A stretch of DNA of 64,000 nt from Hydrurus foetidus (taxonomy: Eukaryota). Made by a program: the position numbers and the translations under genes. This document shows positions 29,074 to 39,243 of the stretch, piece after piece; within the stretch, counting starts at the first letter, position 1, and every line of letters begins with the position of its first letter. The stretch covers positions 2,294,001 through 2,358,000 of the forward strand of contig UYFQ01000001.1 in NCBI GenBank assembly GCA_900617105.1, written 5' to 3'. The notes below the pieces were generated by a model. That model ran no database searches. It saw only the letters and a list, made by a program, of their open reading frames with translations, and had not been told where the DNA came from.

Positions 29074-30801
29074 TTATTTCTGTGTAATATATTCCGGAGC
29101 GGCCATCACGAGCAGAATGGCCAGGCGAACCCGGTTGTATGAGCTTCTGAAGTGGGTCGGGAGAATGGTGTCCACCCCCGCCTTGATGGTCGCTACGGTC
29201 TCAGCGCTGAGCTGGCCCGCTGCGAGCAAGAAGTTGAGCTCATTGACCAAGGCCTGTGAGTCGAACGCTTTTGTCAATAAATCAGTGTAGTTTGGCTTGG
29301 CGTCATTGGCACCCTCACCAATTATGCCGATCATGAAGTTGACGTAAGAGATAACGCTGGCTTCGGTGGTGATCTGAAACTCCGGCGCGACGAGCCCCGC
29401 CGATGCGATCGCCGTGTTGGGCGGCTTGTAACCTGGCCTGAAAAAGTTAAATACGCTTGGGGCACGGCCAATCATCTGGCCAAGGCCGGTGGACGGATTG
29501 CTAGTGTCGCCGATTAACCACTTGTCGCCCTCGCTCTTGACACTGAACGCGCGGGCCCAGTTGGTAAGGCGCACGACGGGTGCGCGCAGCTTGCCGAAGC
29601 TGGGGTTGGTAAGCCCTGCATCGCTGCGTGCATCGGTATCAAGCAGGATGGCGCGGATGACAGCTTTGAGGTCGCCGCGCACACCCGAGCCGTTGTTTGC
29701 AAACACGGCCGATACGCGTCCGACATATGCCGGTGAAGGGTTGCTGGTGACCAGCCGCTGGATCAGCTGCTTCGAAACGAACGGCGGAACGTTCGGGTGG
29801 GCAAAGATCGTGTCGAGCGCGATCTTCAAACTCGCAAAACCGTCGGTATTGGCTGGAATGGTTGCGCCCAAAAATGTCTTGACGCCAAGTTCATGATCCG
29901 CGGCGTTCTGGGCAAGCGGAAGCCGATGTACATCCGGCTTCAGCCGGACGTAGGAGGGGTCGTAGCAGAATCCGGTAAAGACGCGAGCAAGTCCAGACAC
30001 GTCAGCGGCTGTGTAGGTTTCGATCGGCTTGCCGTTTTCCATCTGCACGGTGCCGTCGGGGTTCAGCTTGACAACACCCAGCGTGAAAAGCTGCATCAAC
30101 TCACGCGCATAGTTTTGATCAGGTTGCGACCCCGTTTTCGAGTCGGTCTTCTTGCTGTTCAGGGACGTGAGATACACCGCCATCGTGGTGCTGGTCGAAA
30201 TTTTTTCGATCAAGTCGCGATAATTGCCGAATGCGTTGTCCCACAAAAGGTCAAGATAGGCGGCAGCTGCTAAATGTGGAAAGTTTGTCTGCGTCAACCC
30301 ATTCGCCGATACCACAAGGAAATCGAGCAGGGAGACACCAACGCGCTGGCGAAGCTGGTCGTTTCCTGTGATCACCATACGCCAGACACTAGGGTTAAAG
30401 CAACTACCATTATCTCCGGTGACAGCATTTTCTTCGCCACATCCGTGAGAAAACATCCAGTCGTACAGCCGCATCTCTCGTTGCATTGCAAACTGTGCAC
30501 TGATCCAGTTGTCATAGCCAGTGGCCTGAACGGCGTTGATCTCTGCCTTGGTTGCACCCATGGTCGACTGGGCAAGGAACCTTCCGGCCTGAACGCCGGT
30601 GGGAGGGACAGATGGCGGCCCGGCCGACGGAGACCCGCCCTCGCCCTCGCGATCACGACCACCGCAAGCTGCCAGAACAAGAGCCGGCGCAATTACGGCG
30701 GCAATGCTGGTGATCGATTGGGGGGCGTCAGGAGATTGCTCAGTAACGTTTACGTCAGTAACATGCTGATCTTCAGTCAACTGCTGCATTTCATCGTGCA
30801 T
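29074..30801 (-). CDS. DUF1800-family protein with lipobox-like LAAC
   Basis: RFLAQSTMG, DQLRQRV, PDQNYARELMQLFTLG, HPNVPPFVSKQLIQRLVTSNPS, APSVFNFFRP; GGAG lies 6 nt before ATG 30801. Confidence 0.9.
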   Translation of the reverse strand: MHDEMQQLTEDQHVTDVNVTEQSPDAPQSITSIAAVIAPALVLAACGGRDREGEGGSPSAGPPSVPPTGVQAGRFLAQSTMGATKAEINAVQATGYDNWISAQFAMQREMRLYDWMFSHGCGEENAVTGDNGSCFNPSVWRMVITGNDQLRQRVGVSLLDFLVVSANGLTQTNFPHLAAAAYLDLLWDNAFGNYRDLIEKISTSTTMAVYLTSLNSKKTDSKTGSQPDQNYARELMQLFTLGVVKLNPDGTVQMENGKPIETYTAADVSGLARVFTGFCYDPSYVRLKPDVHRLPLAQNAADHELGVKTFLGATIPANTDGFASLKIALDTIFAHPNVPPFVSKQLIQRLVTSNPSPAYVGRVSAVFANNGSGVRGDLKAVIRAILLDTDARSDAGLTNPSFGKLRAPVVRLTNWARAFSVKSEGDKWLIGDTSNPSTGLGQMIGRAPSVFNFFRPGYKPPNTAIASAGLVAPEFQITTEASVISYVNFMIGIIGEGANDAKPNYTDLLTKAFDSQALVNELNFLLAAGQLSAETVATIKAGVDTILPTHFRSSYNRVRLAILLVMAAPEYITQK

Positions 30802-30930
30802 GGTGATCTCCCAATGCCGCTGATCCAGTGGTGAGACACGTCGTGTCCTTGACTGGTGAGTTACCAATTTGATATGCGAAATTCATATGTTTCTCCGAAA
30901 GTAGTTACGTACAGCAGCTCGTGAAGATTT

Positions 30931-31047
30931 TTACATGTTTAACTTTTACCGAAAATGACATTTTTGCCATAAATAGGCCATTTGTAACTTTATGACTCGC
31001 CCAAGGCCTACTTGCCTTCGCCGTTAGCCGGATAGTCTAAGCAGTCT
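30931..31047 (-). promoter_or_regulatory. Upstream block B of the DUF1800/DUF1501 operon, paralogous to 26014-26131
   Basis: Same alignment as block A; perfect palindrome AAAATG-A-CATTTT at 30952-30964. Confidence 0.75.
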
Positions 31048-31412
31048 GTGTGCGTGGTGGCCGCTTTCAGCCGGTGCAAATAGTCGTTCCATAGCTGTGT
31101 TTGCTGCTCGCCTAGCTGGTACAGGTACTCCCATGTGAACAAGCCGGTGTCGTGGCCATCGCTGAAGACGGGTTTGACTGCGTAATTTCCCACTGGCGAG
31201 AGTTCAACCACCGTGACATGTTGCTTGCCTGTTTGCAGCACTTCCTGGCCAGGCCCGTGTCCCTTGACCTCAGCCGAGGGCGAATACACGCGCATCAATT
31301 CAAACGGGATTTTGAAAGCCGCGCCGTCTGAAAAGCACACTTCCAGCACACGGGACTTGCTGTGCACGGTGAACGCGGTAGGCGTTGGAGCCTGTGAAGA
31401 TGGAATGCTCAT
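31008..31412 (-). CDS. DUF971 / gamma-butyrobetaine hydroxylase-like N-domain protein
   Basis: ELMRVYSPSAEVKGHGPGQ, VGNYAV, FSDGHDTGLFTWEYL. Confidence 0.92.
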   Translation of the reverse strand: MSIPSSQAPTPTAFTVHSKSRVLEVCFSDGAAFKIPFELMRVYSPSAEVKGHGPGQEVLQTGKQHVTVVELSPVGNYAVKPVFSDGHDTGLFTWEYLYQLGEQQTQLWNDYLHRLKAATTHTDCLDYPANGEGK

Positions 31413-31449
31413 CGGAAAGTGCTTTCGAGTCGGCTCAGGAACGGCTTGA

Positions 31450-31878
31450 TCAAGACGCCAGTGCCTGAGCGATGGAACGATTTACGGAGGCGCACTTTTC
31501 GAGTGTTTGCGCCAATTTTTCAGTGTTTTCAGCGCGCTGCGCGATTGACCAGGTCGACGCCGGGAAATGCGAGTCCCAGTCAAACCGGGCAACTACATGC
31601 CAATGCAGGTGCGGCACCATGTTGCCCAACGCGGCCAGGTTGATTTTGGTGGGCTGCAATTGCTCGCGCAAGATTTTTTCAACCGATACCACGGCGTTCA
31701 TGCAGGAATTGCGCTCATCTACCGACAAGCTTGAGAACTCCGCAACATGCGCATTCCACACCACGCGGTAAAAAGCCGGAAAACCAACCTCAGCGGCCTG
31801 AATGACGCGGAACTGGTTGTTCTTGAAAATCAGCAGCCCGCCATCGGTATCGCAAAGCGGACAGTCAACTACTTTCAA
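31450..31878 (-). CDS. HIT-family protein
   Basis: [22 protein letters not shown]. Confidence 0.92.
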   Translation of the reverse strand: MKVVDCPLCDTDGGLLIFKNNQFRVIQAAEVGFPAFYRVVWNAHVAEFSSLSVDERNSCMNAVVSVEKILREQLQPTKINLAALGNMVPHLHWHVVARFDWDSHFPASTWSIAQRAENTEKLAQTLEKCASVNRSIAQALAS

Positions 31879-34800
31879 ACTAAAACTCGCTCAATACCGC
31901 CATGATTGGCGGAGTCGACATAGGTCTGCAACCATTCTTTGCCCAAGATTTGATTGGCCATTTCGACCACAATGTAGTCGGCTTCCAGCAGGCCGTTTTT
32001 CATGTCGTCCTGGTAGCGCGACAAGCCTTGCAGGCAGCTTGGGCAGCTGGTCAGAATTTTGACGTTTTGTTTTTCAGAGACTGAACCCGATGCCCTTAAA
32101 GCGGCCTCACCCTTTTGCAACTCTTCTTCTTTTCTGAACCGCACCTGGGTTGAAATGTCAGGCCGCGTCACGCCCAGCGTGCCCGACTCACCGCAGCAGC
32201 GCTCGTTTTTCAGCACGTTGTCGCCCAGCAGCGCTTTGACGGTTTTCATCGGTTCTTGCAGCTTCATGGGGCTGTGGCAAGGGTCATGAAAAAGGTAGCC
32301 ATTCCCGTTGCCGTTTTCAGGCCGAAGTGTGATGCCTTTTTCAAGCAAATACTCATGAATATCAATGATGCGGCTGCCGGGGAAAATCTTGTCAAACTCG
32401 TAGCCCTGCAACTGGTCATAGCAGGTGCCGCAGCTCACCACCACGGTTTTGATGTCGAGGTAATTTAGCGTGTTGGCCACACGGTGAAACAAAACCCGGT
32501 TGTCGGTGATGATTTTATCGGCCTTGTCGAACTGGCCGCTGCCTTTTTGCGGGTAGCCGCAGCACAAATAGCCGGGTGGCAACACGGTTTGCACGCCGGT
32601 GTGCCACAGCATGGCCTGCGTGGCCAAACCGACCTGGCTGAACAGCCGCTCAGAACCGCAACCGGGGAAGTAAAACACCGCTTCCGTTTCAGCCGTGGTG
32701 GCTTTCGGGTTGCGAATGATGGGCACGTAATCTTTGTCTTCAATGTCGAGCAATGCGCGTGCGGTTTTCTTCGGCAAGCCGCCGGGCATTTTCTTGTTGA
32801 TGAAGTGAATCACCTGCTCTTTGATCGGTGCCGCGCCTTTTGTAGCTGGCGGCTTTTCAGTTTGTTTGCGTGCCAGGCGCTTGAACAAATTGTTGGCCAG
32901 CCGCTGTGCTTTAAAGCCCACATCGACCATCGCGCTGCGCATGAACTTGATGGTTTGCGGATTGGTGGCATTCAAAAACACCATCGCCGCAGCGTTGCCG
33001 GGGCGGAAGGTTTTTTGACCCATTTTGCGCAGCAGGTTGCGCATGTTCATCGACACTTCGCCAAAGTCGATATCGACTGGGCAAGGGCTCAAACACTTGT
33101 GGCACACCGTGCAGTGGTCGGCCACGTCTTCAAACTCTTGCCAGTGCTTGATGCTTACGCCGCGCCGGGTTTGCTCTTCGTACAAAAACGCTTCGACCAG
33201 CAGCGAAGTCGCCAAAATCTTGTTACGCGGGCTGTAAAGCAGGTTGGCGCGCGGCACGTGGGTGGCGCACACTGGTTTGCATTTGCCGCAGCGCAGGCAG
33301 TCTTTGACGCTGTCGGCAATTGCGCCGATGTCTGACTGCTGCATGATCAGCGATTCGTGCCCCATCAGCCCGAAGCTCGGCGTATAAGCATTCGTGAGGT
33401 CAGCCAAAAGTGGCTCTTTTTGGCCGTTTTTAGGGGTGTTTTTGGCCTCTAGCTCAATAAATACAGGCGCGAGCAGCTCCTTATTTCGTAGCAACTTGCC
33501 TTTGTTGAAACGCCCTTCAGGGTCCACCTTGGCCTTGTAATTGGCAAAAGGTTTCAGTTCCGCATCGGTCAAAAACTCAAGCTTGGTGATACCAATGCCA
33601 TGCTCGCCAGAAATCACGCCGTCAAGTGACCGTGCCAGCACCATGATGCGTTCGACCGCATGGCGCGCGGTCTGCAGCATCTCGTAGTCGTCGCTGTTGA
33701 CAGGCAAGTTGGTATGAACATTGCCGTCGCCTGCGTGCATGTGCAGCGCTGCCCACACGCGGCCCTTGAGCACGCGTTTGTGAATCGCCACGCACTCTGT
33801 GAAGATCGGCAAAAAGGCACCACCCGTGAAGATGGCTTGGAGCGGCGCTTTGAGCTGCAGTTTCCAACTGGCGCGAAGCGAATGGTCTTGCAACTGGTCA
33901 AACAGCGTGTCGACGTTTTGCAACCAGCCAGCCCACAACGCACGCGTCTTAGCCACCAGTGCCAAAGCTTGCGACACACGATCCTCCAGCATCTCTGGCG
34001 AAGGCATATCGCTGGCATCTTCGGCCTTGCCCAACGGCAAATTGCCTTTGCTTAAGAAAGCGTCCAACGCGTCGCACAGCTTGACCTTGTTGGCCAAACT
34101 CAACTCGATATTGATACGCTCAACACCATCGGTGTATTCGGCCATGCGCGGCAGAGGAATCACAACGTCTTCATTGATTTTGAAGGCGTTGGTGTGGCGC
34201 GAAATGGCGGCGGTTTTCTTGCGGTCCAGCCAGAATTTTTTGCGTGCCTCGGGGCTGATGGCGATAAAGCCTTCACCGCTGCGCGAATTGGCAATGCGCA
34301 CCACTTCACTCGTGGCGCGGGCGACGGCATCGGCGTCGTCGCCAGCAATATCGCCAATCAACACCATTTTGGGCAAGCCGCCGCGTTTTGATTTGGTGGC
34401 GTAACCCACAGCGCGCAAATAGCGGTCGTCCAGATGCTCCAGCCCCGCCAGCAGCACGGGTGAGCCCGCCGCCTCACTGCGCTTTTGCTCGGCAAACATG
34501 AAGTCTTTGATCTCGACAATGCTGGGCACCGCGTCTTTGGCGTTGCCAAAAAACTCCATGCACACGGTGCGGGTGTGTACCGGCATGCGATGCACAATCC
34601 AGCGGGCGCTGGTGATCAGGCCGTCGCAGCCTTCTTTTTGAATGCCCGGCAGGCCGCTTAAAAACTTGTCGGTGACATCTTTGCCGAGGCCTTCCTTGCG
34701 AAAGCTCTTGCCGGGGATGTCCAGCCGCTCTTGCCGCACAAAGGTTTTGCCGTCGGCTTCAAAATATTTCAACTCAAAGCTGGCCAACTCGGCATCATGA

Positions 34801-35834
34801 ATCTTGCCCAGGTTGTGGTTAACGCGCGTGACTTCAAGCCATTGCGAGTCAGGCGTGACCATGCGCCAGCTGGCCAAATTGTCGAGCGCAGTGCCCCACA
34901 GCACGGCTTTTTTTCCGCCTGCATTCATGGCTATGTTGCCGCCAATGCACGATGCTTCCGCCGATGTGGGGTCGACTGCAAACACGTAGCCGCCGCGCTC
35001 GGCCGCATCGGCCACGCGTTGGGTCACGACACCCGCTTCGGTCCACACCGTGGCAACGGGCTTGTCCAAGCCCGGCAGCTTGACCATTTCCACCTCGGTC
35101 ATGGCTTCCAGCTTTTCGGTGTTGATAACAGCTGACTTCCAGGTCAGCGGAATCGCGCCGCCCGTGTAACCGGTACCGCCGCCGCGCGGCACAATCGTTA
35201 ATCCCAAGTCGATGCAGCCCTTGACCAGACCCGCCATTTCGACTTCTGTGTCGGGGGTCAGCACTACAAACGGATATTCAACCCGCCAGTCGGTCGCGTC
35301 AGTGACGTGCGAGACGCGCGACAGGCCGTCAAACTTGATGTTGTCTTTTTGAGTCAGCTTGCCAAGCTTGCGGGTGGCCAGGCGGCGGAGGTCGTAGATT
35401 TCTTCAAACGAGGTGGCAAAGCGGGTCACGGCATCGCGTGCGGCTTGCAAAAGTTCACCGACGACGGCATCACGCTGCGTATCCAGCCCCGGCGTGCGGC
35501 GCTTTTCAACCTCGCTCAGGCGGTGCTGCAGCGCATCGACCAGCAACTTGCGGCGCTTGGGGTTGTCCAGCATGTCGTCTTGCAAGTAGGGGTTGCGCTG
35601 CACCACCCACACATCGCCCAACACCTCGTACAGCATGCGGGCTGACCGGCCAGTTTGGCGCTCGCCGCGCAGCTGATTGAGCAAGTCCCAAGCGCGCGGG
35701 CCCAGCAGCCGAATGACCACTTCACGGTCTGAAAATGACGTGTAGTTGTACGGAATCTCGCGGATGCGAGCTTCTTCGGTTTTTGCATCAACTGCAAAAA
35801 CGGCTAATTGTTCAATCGTAGTGGGTGCGTTCAT
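31875..35834 (-). CDS. DUF3683-domain FAD-binding / 4Fe-4S oxidoreductase (GlcD-GlcF-like fusion)
   Basis: [50 protein letters not shown] and CCG domains. Confidence 0.92.
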   Translation of the reverse strand: MNAPTTIEQLAVFAVDAKTEEARIREIPYNYTSFSDREVVIRLLGPRAWDLLNQLRGERQTGRSARMLYEVLGDVWVVQRNPYLQDDMLDNPKRRKLLVDALQHRLSEVEKRRTPGLDTQRDAVVGELLQAARDAVTRFATSFEEIYDLRRLATRKLGKLTQKDNIKFDGLSRVSHVTDATDWRVEYPFVVLTPDTEVEMAGLVKGCIDLGLTIVPRGGGTGYTGGAIPLTWKSAVINTEKLEAMTEVEMVKLPGLDKPVATVWTEAGVVTQRVADAAERGGYVFAVDPTSAEASCIGGNIAMNAGGKKAVLWGTALDNLASWRMVTPDSQWLEVTRVNHNLGKIHDAELASFELKYFEADGKTFVRQERLDIPGKSFRKEGLGKDVTDKFLSGLPGIQKEGCDGLITSARWIVHRMPVHTRTVCMEFFGNAKDAVPSIVEIKDFMFAEQKRSEAAGSPVLLAGLEHLDDRYLRAVGYATKSKRGGLPKMVLIGDIAGDDADAVARATSEVVRIANSRSGEGFIAISPEARKKFWLDRKKTAAISRHTNAFKINEDVVIPLPRMAEYTDGVERINIELSLANKVKLCDALDAFLSKGNLPLGKAEDASDMPSPEMLEDRVSQALALVAKTRALWAGWLQNVDTLFDQLQDHSLRASWKLQLKAPLQAIFTGGAFLPIFTECVAIHKRVLKGRVWAALHMHAGDGNVHTNLPVNSDDYEMLQTARHAVERIMVLARSLDGVISGEHGIGITKLEFLTDAELKPFANYKAKVDPEGRFNKGKLLRNKELLAPVFIELEAKNTPKNGQKEPLLADLTNAYTPSFGLMGHESLIMQQSDIGAIADSVKDCLRCGKCKPVCATHVPRANLLYSPRNKILATSLLVEAFLYEEQTRRGVSIKHWQEFEDVADHCTVCHKCLSPCPVDIDFGEVSMNMRNLLRKMGQKTFRPGNAAAMVFLNATNPQTIKFMRSAMVDVGFKAQRLANNLFKRLARKQTEKPPATKGAAPIKEQVIHFINKKMPGGLPKKTARALLDIEDKDYVPIIRNPKATTAETEAVFYFPGCGSERLFSQVGLATQAMLWHTGVQTVLPPGYLCCGYPQKGSGQFDKADKIITDNRVLFHRVANTLNYLDIKTVVVSCGTCYDQLQGYEFDKIFPGSRIIDIHEYLLEKGITLRPENGNGNGYLFHDPCHSPMKLQEPMKTVKALLGDNVLKNERCCGESGTLGVTRPDISTQVRFRKEEELQKGEAALRASGSVSEKQNVKILTSCPSCLQGLSRYQDDMKNGLLEADYIVVEMANQILGKEWLQTYVDSANHGGIERVLV
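33425..33492 (-). repeat. Dispersed N7 element, copy 5, in frame inside the oxidoreductase
   Basis: + strand GGCCTCTAGCTCAATAAATACAGGCGCGAGCA-GCTCC-TTATTTC-GTAGC. Confidence 0.88.
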
Positions 35835-35992
35835 CGTGGAAATTCAAGCGCAAAAAGTAACTTTTAGGGGCGTTTTTAGAGGTGATTTACTTGGCCCAAG
35901 CATGTTAACGCAGCGCAGCAAAGCCCCGCTGTAGCCGGTCTAACCCCATACAAACCCGCCTTGCTAAAAATCCGCGCTGTTATTAAATAATA

Positions 35993-36010
35993 TTGTCATA
36001 AAGCAGACAT
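35993..36010 (+). promoter_or_regulatory. Candidate Pho box upstream of ugpB
   Basis: TTGTCAT-AAAG-CAGACAT resembles CTGTCAT-N4-CTGTCAT; ugp is PhoB-regulated in E. coli. Confidence 0.45.
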
Positions 36011-36055
36011 ATGCTTGCAAGCTTGTTTGATTTGGTTACTTATTTAGGAGTTGTC

Positions 36056-37366
36056 ATGAAATATCGAATTGCAGTCGCAGCGTTGGCCACTGCTGCCGCC
36101 TGCCTGCCCTTGGTCAGCCATGCCCAAACCGAGATTCAGTGGTGGCATTCAATGGGCGGCGCACTTGGCGAGTGGGTCAACGACCAGGCCAAAGACTTCA
36201 ACGCCAGCCAGAAAGAATTCAAAGTGGTGCCGACCTTCAAAGGCAGTTATGACGAATCGATGACGGCTGCGATTGCCGCCTTTCGCGCAGGTAACGCGCC
36301 GCACATTTTGCAGGTGTTTGAAGTTGGCACCGCCACCATGATGGCCAGCAAACAAGCGATTGTTCCCGTAACTGAAGTCATGAAAAAAGCGGGCATCAAG
36401 TTTGACGCGGGCGCTTATGTGCCTGCGGTTGCGGGCTACTACACCGCCCTCAGCGGCGACATGCTCAGCTTTCCGTTTAACAGCTCAACGACAGTCTTCC
36501 ACTACAACAAAGACGCCTTGAAAGCCGCCGGCGTTGACACCGTCCCCACCACTTGGCCTGAAGTGGCACTTGCCGCGGCAAAGCTCAAATCCAACGGCCA
36601 CAAATGCCCTTTCACCACCAGCTGGCAAAGCTGGACCCAGCTGGAGAGCTTTTCAGCCTGGCACAACGTTGAATTTGCCACGAAAAGCAATGGCATGAAG
36701 GGGCTGGACACACGTTTGGCCTTCAACACCCCGCTGCATGTGCGCCATATTGAAAACCTCGCCAACATGGCCAAGACCGGCCTGTTTGCATACAAGGGCC
36801 GCGGCAACCTGGCAGACGCCACTTTTGTGTCGGGCGAATGCGCCATGATGACGGGCTCGTCAGCGCTGTACGGCAACATCAAGCGCAATGCCAAGTTTGG
36901 CGCCGGTATTGGCGCGCTGCCGTACTACCCAGACGTGCCAGGCTCGCCACAGAACACGGTAATAGGCGGCGCCAGCCTGTGGGCCATGTCGGGCAAACCA
37001 GTCGGTGACTACAAAGGCGTTGGCCAGTTTTATGCGTTTTTGTCGCTGCCTGCCGAGGCCGCCAAAAGCCACCAGCGCACCGGTTATTTGCCTTTGACCA
37101 AGGCGTCGTACGAGATGACTGAAAAGTCAAACTTCTACAAAGAAAACCCGGGCACTGATGTGTCAGTGACGCAGATGATTCGCAAAACAACCGACAAGTC
37201 GCGCGGCATTCGCTTGGGCAACTTTGTACAAATTCGCGCAATCAATGACGAAGAGCTGGAACAAGTCTGGGCTGGTAAAAAGTCAGCCAAGGAGGCGCTG
37301 GACACGGCTGTCAAACGTGGCAACGAGCAGCTGGAGCGTTTCCAGGCGGCTAACAAGGGCAAGTGA
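36056..37366 (+). CDS. ugpB: sn-glycerol-3-phosphate ABC transporter substrate-binding protein
   Basis: Signal peptide, EIQWWHSM, QVFEVGTATMM, PFNSST, IGGASLW; GGAG before ATG 36056. Confidence 0.95.
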   Translation: MKYRIAVAALATAAACLPLVSHAQTEIQWWHSMGGALGEWVNDQAKDFNASQKEFKVVPTFKGSYDESMTAAIAAFRAGNAPHILQVFEVGTATMMASKQAIVPVTEVMKKAGIKFDAGAYVPAVAGYYTALSGDMLSFPFNSSTTVFHYNKDALKAAGVDTVPTTWPEVALAAAKLKSNGHKCPFTTSWQSWTQLESFSAWHNVEFATKSNGMKGLDTRLAFNTPLHVRHIENLANMAKTGLFAYKGRGNLADATFVSGECAMMTGSSALYGNIKRNAKFGAGIGALPYYPDVPGSPQNTVIGGASLWAMSGKPVGDYKGVGQFYAFLSLPAEAAKSHQRTGYLPLTKASYEMTEKSNFYKENPGTDVSVTQMIRKTTDKSRGIRLGNFVQIRAINDEELEQVWAGKKSAKEALDTAVKRGNEQLERFQAANKGK

Positions 37367-37368
37367 TG

Positions 37369-37397
37369 CTAAAAAGGCCTGAAAAGGCCTTTTTTAG
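37369..37397 (+). terminator. Intercistronic hairpin/terminator after ugpB
   Basis: CTAAAAAGGCCT-GAAA-AGGCCTTTTTTAG. Confidence 0.7.
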
Positions 37398-37399
37398 TG

Positions 37400-37456
37400 T
37401 TCAAATAGCGCTCTAGCCCAATAAATACGGGCGCAAGCTGCTCCTAATTAAATAGC
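37400..37456 (-). repeat. Dispersed N7 element, copy 6, between ugpB and ugpA
   Basis: + strand GCTCTAGCCCAATAAATACGGGCGCAAGCT-GCTCC-TAATTAA-ATAGC. Confidence 0.85.
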
Positions 37457-37496
37457 AAAAAAGTATTCCCTAAATCCACCGAAAAGCAGAACTGAA

Positions 37497-38378
37497 TTGG
37501 AAAAGCGAGTTCTCTTCAAATCCGCATGGCTGCCGTGGGCGCTGGTTGCACCGCAGATGCTGATCGTGCTGGTTTTCTTTTTTTGGCCTGCGAGCCAAGC
37601 GGTGTGGCAGAGCGTGTTGAGCCAAGACGCTTTTGGGACGTCGTCTGAATTTGTAGGTATGCTCAACTTTTCACGGTTGTGGGCCGACAGCACTTACCTC
37701 AACTCATTTAAAGTCACGGCCATTTTTTCAGTACTGGTCGCTGGTTTTGGCCTGGCGATTGCCCTGCTTCTGGCGGTGATGGCCAACGGCGTGATTCGCG
37801 GCGCGGGCACCTACAAAACACTGCTGATTTGGCCGTACGCCGTGGCACCCGTTGTGGCGGGCGTGCTGTGGGTGTTTATGTTTTCGTCGCCGATGGGCGT
37901 GATTTCATTCGCGCTGCAGTCGGTGGGCATTCAATGGAATCACCTGCTCAATTCCACCCACGCCATGACGCTGATCGTGGTGGCTGCAGTGTGGAAGCAG
38001 ATTTCTTATAACTTCTTGTTTTTTCTGGCGGGCTTGCAGTCCATTCCCAAATCGCTTTTAGAAGCTGCGGCGATTGACGGCGCATCGCCTGCCCGGCGCT
38101 TTTGGACGATTGTTTTCCCGCTACTTACGCCGACCACGTTCTTCTTGCTAGTCATCAACGTGATTTACGCATTTTTTGACACCTTCGGCATCGTGGATGC
38201 AGCCACGCAGGGCGGGCCGGGCAAAGACACCGCGATTTTGGTTTACAAGGTTTACTTTGACGGCTTCAAGGCGATGGACATAGGCGGCTCAGCAGCGCAG
38301 TCGGTGGTGCTTATGGTGATTGTGGTGGCGCTGACGGTTTTGCAATTCCGGTTTATTGAAAAACGCGTGAACTACTGA
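37497..38378 (+). CDS. ugpA: G3P ABC transporter permease
   Basis: [28 protein letters not shown]. Confidence 0.95.
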   Translation: MEKRVLFKSAWLPWALVAPQMLIVLVFFFWPASQAVWQSVLSQDAFGTSSEFVGMLNFSRLWADSTYLNSFKVTAIFSVLVAGFGLAIALLLAVMANGVIRGAGTYKTLLIWPYAVAPVVAGVLWVFMFSSPMGVISFALQSVGIQWNHLLNSTHAMTLIVVAAVWKQISYNFLFFLAGLQSIPKSLLEAAAIDGASPARRFWTIVFPLLTPTTFFLLVINVIYAFFDTFGIVDAATQGGPGKDTAILVYKVYFDGFKAMDIGGSAAQSVVLMVIVVALTVLQFRFIEKRVNY

Positions 38379-38388
38379 CGGCCACCAG

Positions 38389-39243
38389 ATGATTGAACGC
38401 CGACCCATCGCCAACTTTTTTTCGCATGCCGTGTTGATTCTTGGCGTGGCGCTGGTAGCCTTTCCGTTGTATCTGGCCATCGTCGCCTCCACCCAGTCGC
38501 AAGAGCAGATCGCCGCATCAAACCCACTTAGCTTGATTCCAGGCGCAAACTTTTTACAAACATACCACTTAGCGCTGTTTGGCGGTAAAGGTGACCTAGG
38601 TGGCACCTACCCGCCTGCGCTGCCCATGATGTGGGTCAGCCTGGTCACGGCCGTGGTAATTGCCGTCGGCAAAATCGCCATTTCACTGCTGTCAGCGTTT
38701 GCGATTGTTTACTTCCGCTTTCCCGCCAAGGGTATCGTGTTCTGGATGATTTTTGTCACGCTCATGCTGCCGGTGGAGGTGCGAATCGGCCCGACCTATG
38801 CGGTCGTGTCTGACCTGGGCATGCTGAACAGCTACGCAGGCTTGACGATTCCGCTAATTGCATCAGCCACCGCCACGTTTTTATTCAGGCAGTTCTTTTT
38901 AACTGTGCCTGATGAGCTGGTAGAAGCCGCACGAATGGACGGCGCCAGCCCGATGCGGTTCTTTTGGGACGTACTTTTGCCGCTGTCTAAAACCTCGATT
39001 GCCGCGCTGTTTGTGATTCAGTTCATCTACGGCTGGAACCAGTACCTGTGGCCGCTACTGGTCACCACCAACGAAAACATGTACCCGGTAGTGCTGGGCA
39101 TCAAGCGCCTGATTGCGGGCGAGGCGTACACCGAATGGAACGTGGTGATGGCCACCGCCATTTTGGCCATGCTCCCGCCCGCGCTGGTGGTGATGCTGAT
39201 GCAAAAATGGTTTGTTAAAGGTTTAGTGGACACTGAGAAATAA
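38389..39243 (+). CDS. ugpE: G3P ABC transporter permease
   Basis: [38 protein letters not shown]. Confidence 0.95.
   Translation: MIERRPIANFFSHAVLILGVALVAFPLYLAIVASTQSQEQIAASNPLSLIPGANFLQTYHLALFGGKGDLGGTYPPALPMMWVSLVTAVVIAVGKIAISLLSAFAIVYFRFPAKGIVFWMIFVTLMLPVEVRIGPTYAVVSDLGMLNSYAGLTIPLIASATATFLFRQFFLTVPDELVEAARMDGASPMRFFWDVLLPLSKTSIAALFVIQFIYGWNQYLWPLLVTTNENMYPVVLGIKRLIAGEAYTEWNVVMATAILAMLPPALVVMLMQKWFVKGLVDTEK

Larger units (their letters stand above)
22190..31050. mobile_element. Accessory island between the DUF971 gene and ubiE (boundaries approximate)
   Basis: Interrupts co-oriented core genes; AT-richer codons in the M60 gene; contains a transposase remnant and decayed DNA; no copies of the host N7 repeat seen. 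Confidence 0.7.
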
